Below are positions 51,325 to 62,478 of a stretch of DNA of 64,000 nucleotides, piece by piece. Position 1 is the first letter of the stretch; each line of letters starts with the position of its first letter. The notes under the pieces are model-generated. The model did not search any database. It saw nothing but the letters and a program-made list of their open reading frames with translations, and was not told where the DNA came from. Made by a program: the position numbers and the translations under genes. This DNA is from Chiloscyllium plagiosum (lineage: Eukaryota): NCBI RefSeq assembly GCF_004010195.1, contig NC_057757.1, forward strand, positions 482,367 to 546,366, given 5' to 3'.

Positions 51325-51507
51325 CTAAACAAGGAAAAGATATTTCAATGACTCGTTTCATCTGGCCGAATCTAATTCAAAATTCATGTGTAATAGGTGC
51401 AAGACATCAAATAGGTTTCGTAAAGTTGTGGCAGCAATTTGAGGGAGAGTGAGTGAATGAAAGGGAGTGTGAGTGAGAGAGAAAGAGTGAAAAGGAGAGA
51501 GAAGATT

Positions 51508-52100
51508 TGGTACACTTGCCTTTATTGGTCAGTGCATTGAGTATACGAGTTAGGAGGTCATGTTGCAGCCGTATAGGAGATTCGTTAGGCCACTTTTGGA
51601 ATATTCAATTCTGCTCTCCCTCCTATAGGGAAGATGTTATGAAACTTGAAAGGGTTCAGAAAAGATTTACAAGGATATTGCCAGGGTTGGAGGGTTTGAG
51701 CTACAGGGAGAGGCTGAATACGGTGGAACTGTTTTCCCTGGAGCGTCGGAGACTGAGGAGTGAGTGACCTTATGAAATCATGAGGGGCATGGATAGGGAG
51801 GATAGCCTGAGTCTTTTCCCAAGGATGGGGGAAATCCAAAACTAGAGGGCAGAGGTTTAAGGTGAGAGTGGAAAGATCTAAAAAGGGACCTAAGGGGCAA
51901 CTTTTTCATGCAGAGGAAGTAGTGGAGGCTGGTACAATTACAACATTTAAAAGGCATCTGGATGGGTTTATGAATAGGAAGGGTCTTGAGGGATATGGGC
52001 CAAGTGCTGGCAAATGGGACTAGATTAATTTAGGATATCTGGTTGACATGGACAAGTTGGACCAAAGGGTCTGTTTCCATACTGTACATCTGTATGACTT
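51508..52100 (+). mobile_element. CR1/HER1 LINE 3' fragment in ATP1B2-like intron 5
   Basis: KLERVQKRFTRILPGLEGLSYRERL. Confidence 0.88.
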
Positions 52101-53521
52101 TAAATGTAAGAAAAATGAGAGAAAGACAATGAAAGAGAGTGTGTGAGAGAGAAAAGGGGAATGAGTGAGAGACAAAAAGAGTGAAAATTAATGCGAGAGA
52201 GAGAATGATGGAGTGTGGAGGAGAGTGAAAAAAAGTGAAAAAAGAGAGAGAGAGTGAAAGGGAGTGAGTGAATGAGAAAGTGTGAGTCAGAGAGAAAGAC
52301 AAAGGGATGGGGAGAGAGATGGACAAAGAGCGATAGGGAGTGAATGAGTAAATGGAGGGAGCGAGCACAGTAGATAATGTGATTTTAATTTTTGGATTGA
52401 ATTATTGATCTGGGGAGAACTCTCCAGCTTTTCTCTGAAATAGTGGCTGTGGGATATTTAATATCCAGCTGATCCTCAAGCACAGATTGACACCCTCTCC
52501 ATCACTTTCCTCTAACTGTCCCAGCTATCCAGTCAAGGTGTGGAATGCTGGTGGTTTTGATGCACCGTATTTGATCCAATCACCATAAACTTACATGCTC
52601 AAGAAATAACATCATATCCTCTTCAATCCCCAACACCCTCCAAGAACTCAGCGCTCCTCCAGCTTCAGCCTCTTGACCATCTCCCAATTTCCCATCGCTC
52701 CGCCATTAGTGGTTCTGCCTACAGCTGCTTGGGGTATGAGCCCTGGGATTCCCCTCCCTAAACCCATCCATCCCCGACTCTCTCTACTCCTCGGAGATGC
52801 TGCCTACAATTGACCTCTTTGACTGAGAATTTGGTCACTGCTTCTAATACATCAACTCCCCCCACCCCTCTGCGAAGCGCCCCTGGGGAAAGTAAGGGCT
52901 CTACCAAAATACAAGTTGTTGTCTTGGAAAATTCTGACCCATCAGATTGCCCCTGAAAAGACAAGGCCTCTCTGGCTGGTCCATGCTCCCCCTCGAATGA
53001 CGCTCTGCTCTTTCCCTCGAAGGTGTAGCAGTGGGTTAGGCCGACTCTGTGTCTCTTTGACACTGGGGATAGCTAAAGGAGAAACAGCAAGCCCCGAGGG
53101 AGTTAAAGCGAGGAGGGCTAGCATTGGAAAAGTGGGCAGCACTGGCGAAATTGGTTCGACTCTACGGAATAACCTAGAAGCCAACACTGAGACCTCCCCA
53201 CCCCGTCACTCACAGACTTGATAAAAGGGTAGATACTCAGATCCCAATAATCTGCAGGTCAAGGGTCAACTGCTCAGGGTGGGAATACACTGCAGGGGGA
53301 AGGTAAGACAGATTTCTGTAAGCTAGCATCTCCCGCTAATGTCCAGGCATCTTACCCACTCATTTTTTTCATTTTTTGCCTATGATGATCCGATGGAATG
53401 ATCAGCAGAGGGGATGAAATGAAAGAGAGAGAGAGACGGTTAACATGTGTTCAGCTTGGAAGCTGCTGCCTGCAATGATGGCCAATGTGTCAGGCACCCA
53501 TTCCACTGGCCAGTCACTAAC

Positions 53522-53578
53522 CTTTCCTTCACAGGACACGTACGGTGTCTTCCCTTCGCCAGGTAGGAACCCGATAAT
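53522..53578 (-). CDS. ATP1B2-like: Na+/K+-ATPase beta-2-like exon 5 (IIGFLPGEGKTPYVSCEGK)
   Basis: 57 nt, phase 0-0, ttttcag acceptor, gttagt donor, fifth conserved cysteine. Confidence 0.9.
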
Positions 53579-53934
53579 CTGAAAAGGAAAATGAGAGAAA
53601 GTGGGAAATCTTGCATTTCTGTAGCACCCCTCTTGGGACATTCACAGTTGGGGAAGCACTTTTGTAAGTGTGGCTGTTGTGACGTGGGAAGTGCCACAGC
53701 GAGGGTGTATACAGCAAGTACACTGGGATCATGAGCAGATATTCCATTTTACCGATGGTTGAGCAATAAATATTGGACCCTAGCGCAGCAGGGAGAGCTC
53801 ATTCTTGCCTTTCTTGAGTGGTGGTCATGGGATTGCTTGTGTCCGCATGAGAGGATAAAAGGGACTTTTACTAAACATCTTAGTCCAAGCACGCAGAGCT
53901 CCCTTAGCGTCGACCTTATCGACAGCGCAGCCAA

Positions 53935-54108
53935 TCCACCTGAAACCTGCACACCTTTGGACTGTGGGAGGAAACGAGAGCACCCAGAGGAAACCTACGG
54001 AGACACAGGGAGAATGTGCAAACTCCACACAGACTGTCGCCCGAGGGTGGGATCGAAACCAGGTCCCTGCCACTGGAAGGCAGCAGTGCGAACCACTGAG
54101 CCACCATC
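53935..54108 (-). mobile_element. HE1-type SINE 5' part immediately after the exon 4 donor
   Basis: Head and V-domain on the minus strand. Confidence 0.8.
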
Positions 54109-54120
54109 TCACGAGCTCAC

Positions 54121-54326
54121 CTTATTCATCTTGACGAGGATGCAGGGTTTCCCTTCACTGTATCCATACGTCTTGTCCTCTAGCCCCGAGCACTGGCCCA
54201 GCATGGTTCGATTGAATTGGCAGGATCGCTTCGGGGTATTGCGAACATCCCCGCTGTCCTCTTGCAGGTAATATGTCCCTGGCTTGCACTGGTCATTGTT
54301 CGAAACCTGAACACTGTCATTATAGG
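54121..54326 (-). CDS. ATP1B2-like: Na+/K+-ATPase beta-2-like exon 4 (SYNDSVQ...[17 protein letters not shown]...[16 protein letters not shown])
   Basis: 206 nt, canonical splice sites, four of the six conserved extracellular cysteines. Confidence 0.95.
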
Positions 54327-54764
54327 CTGGAGGAGCAGAGGAATTAAGAATCTACAGGTGACCATAAACAATTGTCAGGAAAAGCTCATCTGGCTCACTA
54401 ATGTCTTTTAGGGAAGGAAATCTGCCAACCTTTCCTGGCCTGGTCTACATATGATTCCAGACCCACAGCCAATGTGGTTGACACTTAAAGGCTGTCTGAA
54501 ATGTTCTAGCAAGCCATCCAGTTCAAGGCAGCTAGGGATGGACAATAAATGCTGCCCACATGTCCCGAGTGAAAAACAAAATCCTTCTGTCTACGTCACC
54601 ATGTGGACCTTTCTCTCCAGTCGATGTCAGAAGCTTGCCTCATACCAGAAAGCGGGATCGCTGGGGGTGAATCTACTAAAGATAGCCCCAGCAGAAACTA
54701 ACATTGGTACAGAAACTGTGGGCCGAATGGCCTCCGTTTGTGCCATAACAGTGCAATAGGCTGG

Positions 54765-56340
54765 GCAATAGGACTCGTGTACTGAGGTAGTACGGGCTGA
54801 GGTTAGAAATGGGAAAGGAGAGGTCACTCTGTTGGGAGTTTTCTATAGGCCTCTGAAAAGTTCCAGAGATGTAGAGGAAAGGATAGCAAAGATAATTCTG
54901 GATAGGAGCGAGAATAACACAATAGTTGTTACGGGGAACTTTAACTGTCCAAATATTGATTGGAAATATTATAGTTTGAGTACTTTAGATGGGTCAGTTT
55001 TTGTCCAATGTGTGCAGGAGGGTTTCCTGACACAGTATGTCGACAGACCAACAAGAGGTGAGGCCACATTGGATTTGGTACTGGCTAATGAACCTGGCCA
55101 GGCTTTAGATTTGGAGGTAGGTGAGCACTTTGGTGATAGTGACCACAATTTGGTTATGTTTACTTTAGCGATGGAAAGGATAGGTATATACCGCAGGGTG
55201 AGAGTTATAGCTGGGGGAAAGTCAGTTATGATGCGATTAGACAAGACTTAGGATGCATAGGGTGGGGAAGGAAACTGCAGGGGATGGGCAAGGTGACCGA
55301 ACAGGTAGATGAGGGTAAAGTGGTTGATGTGGTGTATATGGGTTTCAGTAAAGTGTTTGGTAAAGATCCCCATGGTAGGCTATTGCACAAAATACGGAGG
55401 CATGGGATTGAGGTTGATTTAGCAGGTTGGCTCAGAAATTGGCGAGCTGAAAGAAGGCAGAAGGTGGTGGTTCATGGGAAATGGTCATACTGGATTTGGA
55501 GACGCCGGTGTTGGACTGGGGTGTACAGAGTTAAAAATCACACAACACCAGGTTATGGTCCAACAGGTTTATTTGGAAGCACACTAGTTTTTGGAGCACT
55601 GCTCCTTCTTCAGGTGTTGTGTAATTTTTAACTTGCTAAGATTCTTGGTAGTGTGCACGAGCAGAGAGATCACAGTGTCCATGTGCGTAGATCCCTGAAA
55701 GTTGCCACCCAGGTTGATGGGTTGTTAAGAAGTGTGTCAGCTTTTATTGGTAGAGGGATTGATTTCGGAGCCATGAGGTCATGCTGCAACTGTACAAAAC
55801 TCTGTGCGGCTGCAAATGGAGTATTGCGTACAGTTCTGGTCGCCGCATTATAGGAAGGATGTGGAAGCTTAGGAAAGGGTTCAGAGGAGATTTACCAGGA
55901 CGTCGCCTGGTATGGCGGGAAGGTCTTATGAGTAAAGGCTGAGGGAACTGAGGCTGTTTTCATTAGAGAGAAGAAGGTTGAGAGGTGACTTAATAGAGAC
56001 ACATAAGATAATCAGAGGGTTAGATAGGGTGAATAGTGAGAGCCTTTTCCTTGGATGGTGATGGCTAGCATGAGGGGACATGGCTTTAAATTGAGGGGTG
56101 ATAGATATAGGACAGAGGTCAGAGGTAGTTTCTTTACTCAGAGAGTAGTAAGGGTGTGGAAAGCCCTGCCGCAACAGCAGTAGACTCGCCAACTTTTAAG
56201 GGCATTTAAATGGTCATTGGAAAAACACATGGATGAGAATGGAATAGTGTAGGTTAGATGGGCTTCAGATTGGTTTCACAGGTTTCCACAACATCAAGGG
56301 CTGAAGGGCCTGTACTGTGCTGTAATGTTCTGTGTTCTAT
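54765..56340 (+). mobile_element. Internally deleted CR1 LINE (APE endonuclease joined to RT and 3' end)
   Basis: GVFYRP...GNFNCPNIDW...PTRGEATLDLVL...FGDSDH (endonuclease), then KVTEQVDEGKVVDVVY (RT). Confidence 0.9.
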
Positions 56341-56420
56341 GCTTACAGAGAGAGGAGTCAGAAAGTGAAGAGGGGAGATGGGGTAAAGTCAGTGATGGTT
56401 GCTCCACGAGGTCTACTCAC

Positions 56421-56525
56421 AGTCTAGGTACGCGTTGAGGGCTTGGACATGTGCCTGCCATGTGCTTTCATGTGATGTGTTGAACGTAACAAGTAGACTG
56501 TCTGTTCTTGGGCGGATCATCAGAC
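56421..56525 (-). CDS. ATP1B2-like: Na+/K+-ATPase beta-2-like exon 3 (GLMIRPRTDSLLVTFNTSHESTWQAHVQALNAYLD)
   Basis: 105 nt, ttttctttcctag acceptor, gtgagt donor, GLMIRP motif. Confidence 0.93.
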
Positions 56526-56664
56526 CTAGGAAAGAAAACCCCATTGGTGATTCACTTGCCAGAGACTGTCAAATCCACAACTGATGCCGTCCATTATGAT
56601 GAGACCATAAGAAACAGGAATAGGCCATTTGTTCCCTTGAGCCTGCTCTACCATTTAGAATCAT

Positions 56665-57005
56665 AGTGCGGAAGCAGGCCATTCAGCCTATCAGGTCCAT
56701 GCTGACCATCTGAAGACCATCCCATCTAGACCCACCTCCCTATACCTGTAACCCTGCATTGCCCATGTCTAATCCACCTAGCCTGCACATCCTGGACATG
56801 AACAGGACAATTTCCCATGGCCAATTTACCCTAATCTGCACAACTTTGGACTGTGGGAGGAAACCGGAGCATCCAGAGGAAACCCACGCAGACACAGGGA
56901 GAATGCGCAAACCCCACACAGACAGCTGCCTGAGGGTGGAATCGAACCCAGGTCCCTGGTGCTGTGAGGCAGCAGTGCTAACCACTGAATAACCGCGCCA
57001 CCCCA
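56665..57005 (-). mobile_element. HE1-type SINE
   Basis: Reverse complement of HE1 head, V-domain and tail. Confidence 0.85.
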
Positions 57006-58156
57006 CCACCCAGTAAGATCATGACTGTCTAAGATCACGACACTCCTCACGTCCTCTGTCCTGCCCTTTTCCCCATTACCCTCTATTTCCTCTCCTGATC
57101 AAGAACCTCTCTATCTCAGCCTTAGACTATCAGGCATAGATACAGGCCAGTCAGTCCCACTGCTCCATACTGGTCTCCATTTACACTCCAAATGAGCTTC
57201 CTCTCATCTCATTGACAGAACTTGTTGTTAAATATTGAAGAAGAGGCCCCCATTTGGATTGTAAAAGTAATCAAGCAACATGGGAATAGCGCAGGAAATT
57301 GAGATCGAGGGAGACTAGTTAGCCATGATCTAGCTGAATGTGAGAATAGGTCTGAGGGACTAATTGTGTCAATTTCCTGTGATCCTGATGGTTAGCAACA
57401 TTATAAGGAAGTGGTCATGTCCAGTTCATTTATCGCAACCTCATGGGCAGCTAGAGGCCGCAATCAAAAGGACTAATGGAATGAAAAGTCTTTCCCAGGA
57501 CAGAGCTGGAATACAAAGGATTGAAGATGATGATTGTTTGATCTCTGTTGCTGGGGTAACAGGTTCAGTCCTGAGGCCCCCATCGCTCCCCATGAACCTC
57601 TGAGGAAGGGGTAATGGGGAATAGCACGGATTGACTCTGTAATAAACATCTATTAAACATCAATTGAATGTTGGGTAAGGGATAGAGTAAATGGATTTAC
57701 AGACCTCCAGAATCTAAATGGCAGAATGTGTTTGGGCTATTATTCTTTTTCTTTATTTATTCATGGGATGTGGGCATCACTGGCTGGGCCCATCACTTAT
57801 TGCCCCATCCCTATTTGTCCCCCTTGAGAAGGTGGGGGTGAGCTGTTTTCTTGACCCGCTGCAGTCCATGTGCTGTGGATAGACCCATAACCCATATGGC
57901 TGCTGCCCTTGTCATAGAGATGTCCAGCAGAAACAAACTCTTCAGTCCAACCTGTCCATCTGACCAGATATTCTAAATTAATCTAGTCCCATTAATCAGC
58001 ATTGTCCTTCCACTTAGAAATGATTGTTGGTTTGGAATGTGCCGTCTAAGAGCCTTTGGTGAGGCTATGGCATCCACACATACACACACACACACACACA
58101 GACACCCACACGCAGGCAGCCACAGACACACAGACACCCCTTGCAAATCTCTTTAC

Positions 58157-58285
58157 CTGGGTTCGTGATCCGATCTTGGTACTTTGGCGTGTATTCATTA
58201 ACGGTCTGGAGCATCACCCACATGGTCAGGCTGAAGAGACCAGTTAGGAAAGTATAAAAGACTGCATAAAACATCAGAATCAGTG
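58157..58285 (-). CDS. ATP1B2-like: Na+/K+-ATPase beta-2-like subunit exon 2 (transmembrane helix; [43 protein letters not shown])
   Basis: 129 nt, AG/GT bounded, phase 1-1. [15 protein letters not shown] is the beta-2-type signature. Exon 1 was not found in the window. Confidence 0.93.
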
Positions 58286-59552
58286 CTGCAAGAGATCAGA
58301 ATATTGCAGGGCATCAGTGTGTTAGCACAGGCGATAGTCACTGTTCATACAGTCCTTCCCCATTCAGATTTGATGCAATCAGCCCATTCCCCACCATCCT
58401 AACCCTGACAGGGGGTTGGGAGATTAGGTTGTGCCCTAGTTGCTAGGTCTCACCAACATTGCAACCAAACCCAGCGTCATGTCCTTCGATTGACATTCCC
58501 TGCGCAATGGGCAAGTGTCCCTTTGCATTGAGCCCAAGGTGGAGTGGGGTCATGGTTGCCTCAGTTGGCTGGAAGGCTGGTTTGCCATGCAGAGTGATCC
58601 AACAGTGTGGATTCAATTGCTGCACTGGCCTAGGTTACCGTGAAGGACTCTCCTTGACCTCTCCAGGGGTGTGATGACCTTTAGGTTAAACCACCACTAG
58701 TCATCTCCCTGTAATGACAGAGTGGTCCTCTGGGACAATGGTGACTTTACTAGAGAGTGCAGCATGTCAGGATCAGGCTCATTGGCCCAAATGCTTCATG
58801 CTCCACACACGTCTCCCTGCACCTTCCTCAACCCATTGACATGATCCCTTAATAGCCTACTCCAGAGTGTGTTCCTCCAGGTTCCCCATAAATGCAGCAA
58901 ATTCTTCATCACACAAAGGGGAGTGGAAAGCTGGTACTCTTGCTCCACACAACCACCCACTCCACCCCAGAAATAAAGCTGCCTAGGCTGAGTGCCCAAT
59001 TGGAAATTTCAGAACTGAGGTTGAGAGATTTTTGATGGTAATTTAAAGTTAGGTGAATTAAGGTTAAACAAATGGAGTTCAGCAATAGGTTCCTGTGTAA
59101 CAAACTAGAGGAGCTGAATAGCCTCCTGTTCCTGTGAAAAACATTCCTTGCAACTGTTAAGTATAGTTTGCAAATACCATTGGTCCATTCTAACATAGGA
59201 TGTTAACCAAAGCATATTTACAGTTGCTTATTTGTATTTTCATTAAAAAGACCCTCAGATCCCTTTCTGCAGTCTTTTTCCATTTAAATGTTGATCCGGC
59301 CATAACCTCACTTTTTCCCAGATTATATTCCACCTGCCAAGTTTTTTGCCCACTCACTGAACCTGTCTCTGCCCCTTTGTAGAGTCTATGTGTCATTCTC
59401 ACCAATTTGTTTCCTACCTATTTTTGTGACGTTTGCAAAGTTGACAACAATACATTCACTTTCCTCATCGAAGTCATGGATATAATGTAAATAAGTGTGG
59501 TCCCCAGCATTAATCCCTAGTTATAGGTTGCTATCCTGAAAATGCCCCTTTT

Positions 59553-61395
59553 AGGAAAGACTGGAAGAGAGAGCTAAGAAGAGCCAGGAGGGGACATGAG
59601 AAGTCGTTGGCTGATAGGATCAGGGCAAAAAACTAAAGCTTTCTATAGATATATCAGGAATAAAAGAATGACTAGAGTAAGATTAGGGCCAATCAAGGAG
59701 AGTAGTGAGAGGTTGAGCAGGAAGTCAGAGGAGATAGGGGAAGCACTAAATGAATATTTTTCATTGGTATTCACACTGGTGAAAAATAATGTTGTTGAGG
59801 AGAGTACTGAGATACAGGCTACGAGACTAGATGGGATTGAAGTTCACAAGGAGGACGTGTTAGCAATTCTGGAAAGTGTGAAAATAGATAAATCCCCTGG
59901 GCTGGATGGGATTTATCCTAGGATTCAGTGGGAAGCCGGGGAGGAGATTGCTGAGCCTTTGGCTTTGATCTTTATGTCGTCATTGTCTACAGGAATAGTG
60001 CCAGAAGACTGGTGGATAGCAAATGTTGTTCCCTTGTTCAAGAAGGTGTGTAGAGACAACTCTGGTAATTATAGACCAGAGAGCCTTACTTCAGTTGTGG
60101 GTAAAGTGCTGGAAAAGGTTATAAGAGATAGGATTTATAATCATCTCGAAAGGAATAAATTGATTAAGGATAGTCAACACGGTTTTATGAAGGATAGCTT
60201 GTGCCTCACAAACCTTTATTGAGTTCTTTGAGAAGGTGACCAAACAGGTGGATGAGGGTAAAGTGGTTGATGTGGGATATATGGATTTCAGTAAGGTGTT
60301 TGATAAAATTCCCCACAGTAGGCTATTGCACAAAATGCAGAGGTATGGGATTGAGGGTGATTTAGCGGGTTGGATCAGAAATTGGCTAGCTGAAAGAAGA
60401 CAGAAGATGGTAGTTGACGGGAAATGTTCATCCTGGAGTTCAGTTCCTAGGGTACCACAAGGATTTGTTTTGTATCTACTGCCGTTTGTCATTTTTATAA
60501 ATGACCTGGATGAGAGTGTAGAAGGATGTCCTAGTAAATTTGCAGACGACACTAAGGTCGGTACAGTTGTAGAAAGTGCCGAACGATGTTGTAGAGGGAC
60601 ATAGATAAGCTGCAGTGCTGGGCTGAGAGGTGGCAAATGGAGTTTAATGTGGAAACGTGTGAGGTGATTCGCTTTGGAAGGAGGAACAGGAATGCAGAGT
60701 ACTGGGCTAATGATAAGATCTTTGGTCGTGTTCATGAGCAGAGAGAATTCGGTGTCCACGTACATAGATCCTTGAAAGTTGTCACGCGGGTTGATAGAGC
60801 TGTTAAGAAGGCATACGGTGGGTTCACTTTTATTGGTAGAGGGATTGAGTTTCGGAGCCATGAGGTCATGCTGCAGCTGTACAAAACTCTGGTGTGGCTA
60901 CATTTGGAGTATTGTGTGCAGTTCTGGTCACCACATTATAGGAAGGATGTGGAAGCTTTGGAAAGGGTTCAGAGGAGATTTACTGGAATGTTGCCTGGTA
61001 TGGAGGGAAGGTCTTATGAAGATAGGCTGAGGGACTTGAGGCTGTTTTCATTAGAGAGAAGGTTGAGAGGTGACTTAATTGAGATATATAAGATAATCAG
61101 AGGGTTAAATAGAGTGGACAGTGAGAGCCTTTTTCCTCGGATGGTGATGGCTAGCATGAAGGGACATGGCTTTAAATTGAGGGATGATAGATATAGGGCA
61201 GATGTCAGAGGTAGTTTCTTTATTCAGAGAGTAGTAGGGGCATGCAACGCCCTGCCTCACCAATTTTAAGGGCATTTACATGGTCATTGGATAGGCATAT
61301 GGACAAGAATGGAATAGTGTAGGTTAGATTGGCTTCAGATTGGTTCCACAGGTCGGCGCAACATCGAGGGCCGAAGGGCCTGTACTGCAGTATAA
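59553..61395 (+). mobile_element. 5'-truncated CR1 LINE ORF2 (RT), frameshifted
   Basis: KSPGLDGIYPR, PEDWWIANVVPLFKK, KFADDTKVG and HLEYCVQFWSPHY across three ORFs. Confidence 0.93.
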
Positions 61396-61561
61396 TGTTA
61401 ATTCCAACTCCATGTTTATGAGTTAGCCAATCCTCTATCTGTGCGAATATGTAACTGCCCATAACATGGGCTGTTACCTTATCAGGTAGCCTTATGTGTG
61501 GAACCTTACTGAACACCTTTTGGGAATCCAAATATGAGACACATACCTATCTATTGCGAGC

Positions 61562-62478
61562 AATAGAGGTACAGTTAGTAAGTTTGCAGATGACACCAAA
61601 TTTGGAGGTGTAGTGGACAGCGAAGAGGATTACCTCAGATTACAACAGGATCTTGACCAGATGGGCCAATGAACTGAGAAGTGGCAGACGGAGTTTAATT
61701 CAGATAAATGCGAGGTGCTGCATTTTGGGAAAGCAAATCTTAGCAGGACATACACACTTAATGGTCAGATCGGAGGGAGTGTTGCTGAACAAAGAGACCT
61801 TGGAGTCGCAGGTAGATAGGATAGTGAAGAAGGCGTTTGGTATGCTTTCCTTTATTGGTCAGAGTATTGAGTACAGGAGTTGGGAGGGCATGTTGCGGCT
61901 GTACAGGACATTGGTTCGGCCACTGTTGGAATATTGCGTGCAATTCTAGTCTCCTTCCTATCGGAAGGATGTTGTGAAACTTGAAAAGGTTCAGAAAAGA
62001 TTTACAAGGATGTTGCCAGGGTTGGAGGATCTGAGCTGCAGGGAGAGGCTGAACAGGCTGGGGCTGTTTTCCCTGGAGCGTCGGAGGCTGAGGGGTGACC
62101 TTATAGAGGTTTACAAAATTATGAGGGGCATAGATAGCGTAAATAGACAAAGTCTTTTCCTGAAGGTTGGGGAGTCCAGAACTAGAGGGCATAGGTTTAA
62201 AGTGAGAGAGGAAAGATATAAAAGAGACCTAAGGGGCAACTTTTTCACTCAGAAAGTGGTATGCGTATGGAATGAGCTGCCAGAGGATGTGGTAGAGGCT
62301 GTTACAATTGCAGCATTTAAGAGGCATTTGGATGGGTATATGAATAGGAAGGGTTTGGAGGGATATGGGCCGGATGCTGGCAGGTGGGACTAGATTGGGT
62401 TGGGATATCTGGTTGGCATGGACGGGTTGGACCGAAGGGTCTGTTTCCGTGCTGTACATCTTTATGACTCTATGACTC
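61562..62478 (+). mobile_element. 5'-truncated CR1/HER1 LINE with ctatgact tail
   Basis: KFADDTKFGG start; RPLLEYCVQF; KLEKVQKRFTRMLPG. Confidence 0.92.

Noticed and set aside
49646..58285. Assignment to ATP1B1, ATP1B3, ATP1B4 or ATP4B
   Set aside because: The motifs [20 protein letters not shown] and DDERDKFAGRV fit beta-2 best; exact orthology is left open.
59596..61269. Active or domesticated reverse transcriptase gene
   Set aside because: ORF2 is 5'-truncated and split by frameshifts into three ORFs.
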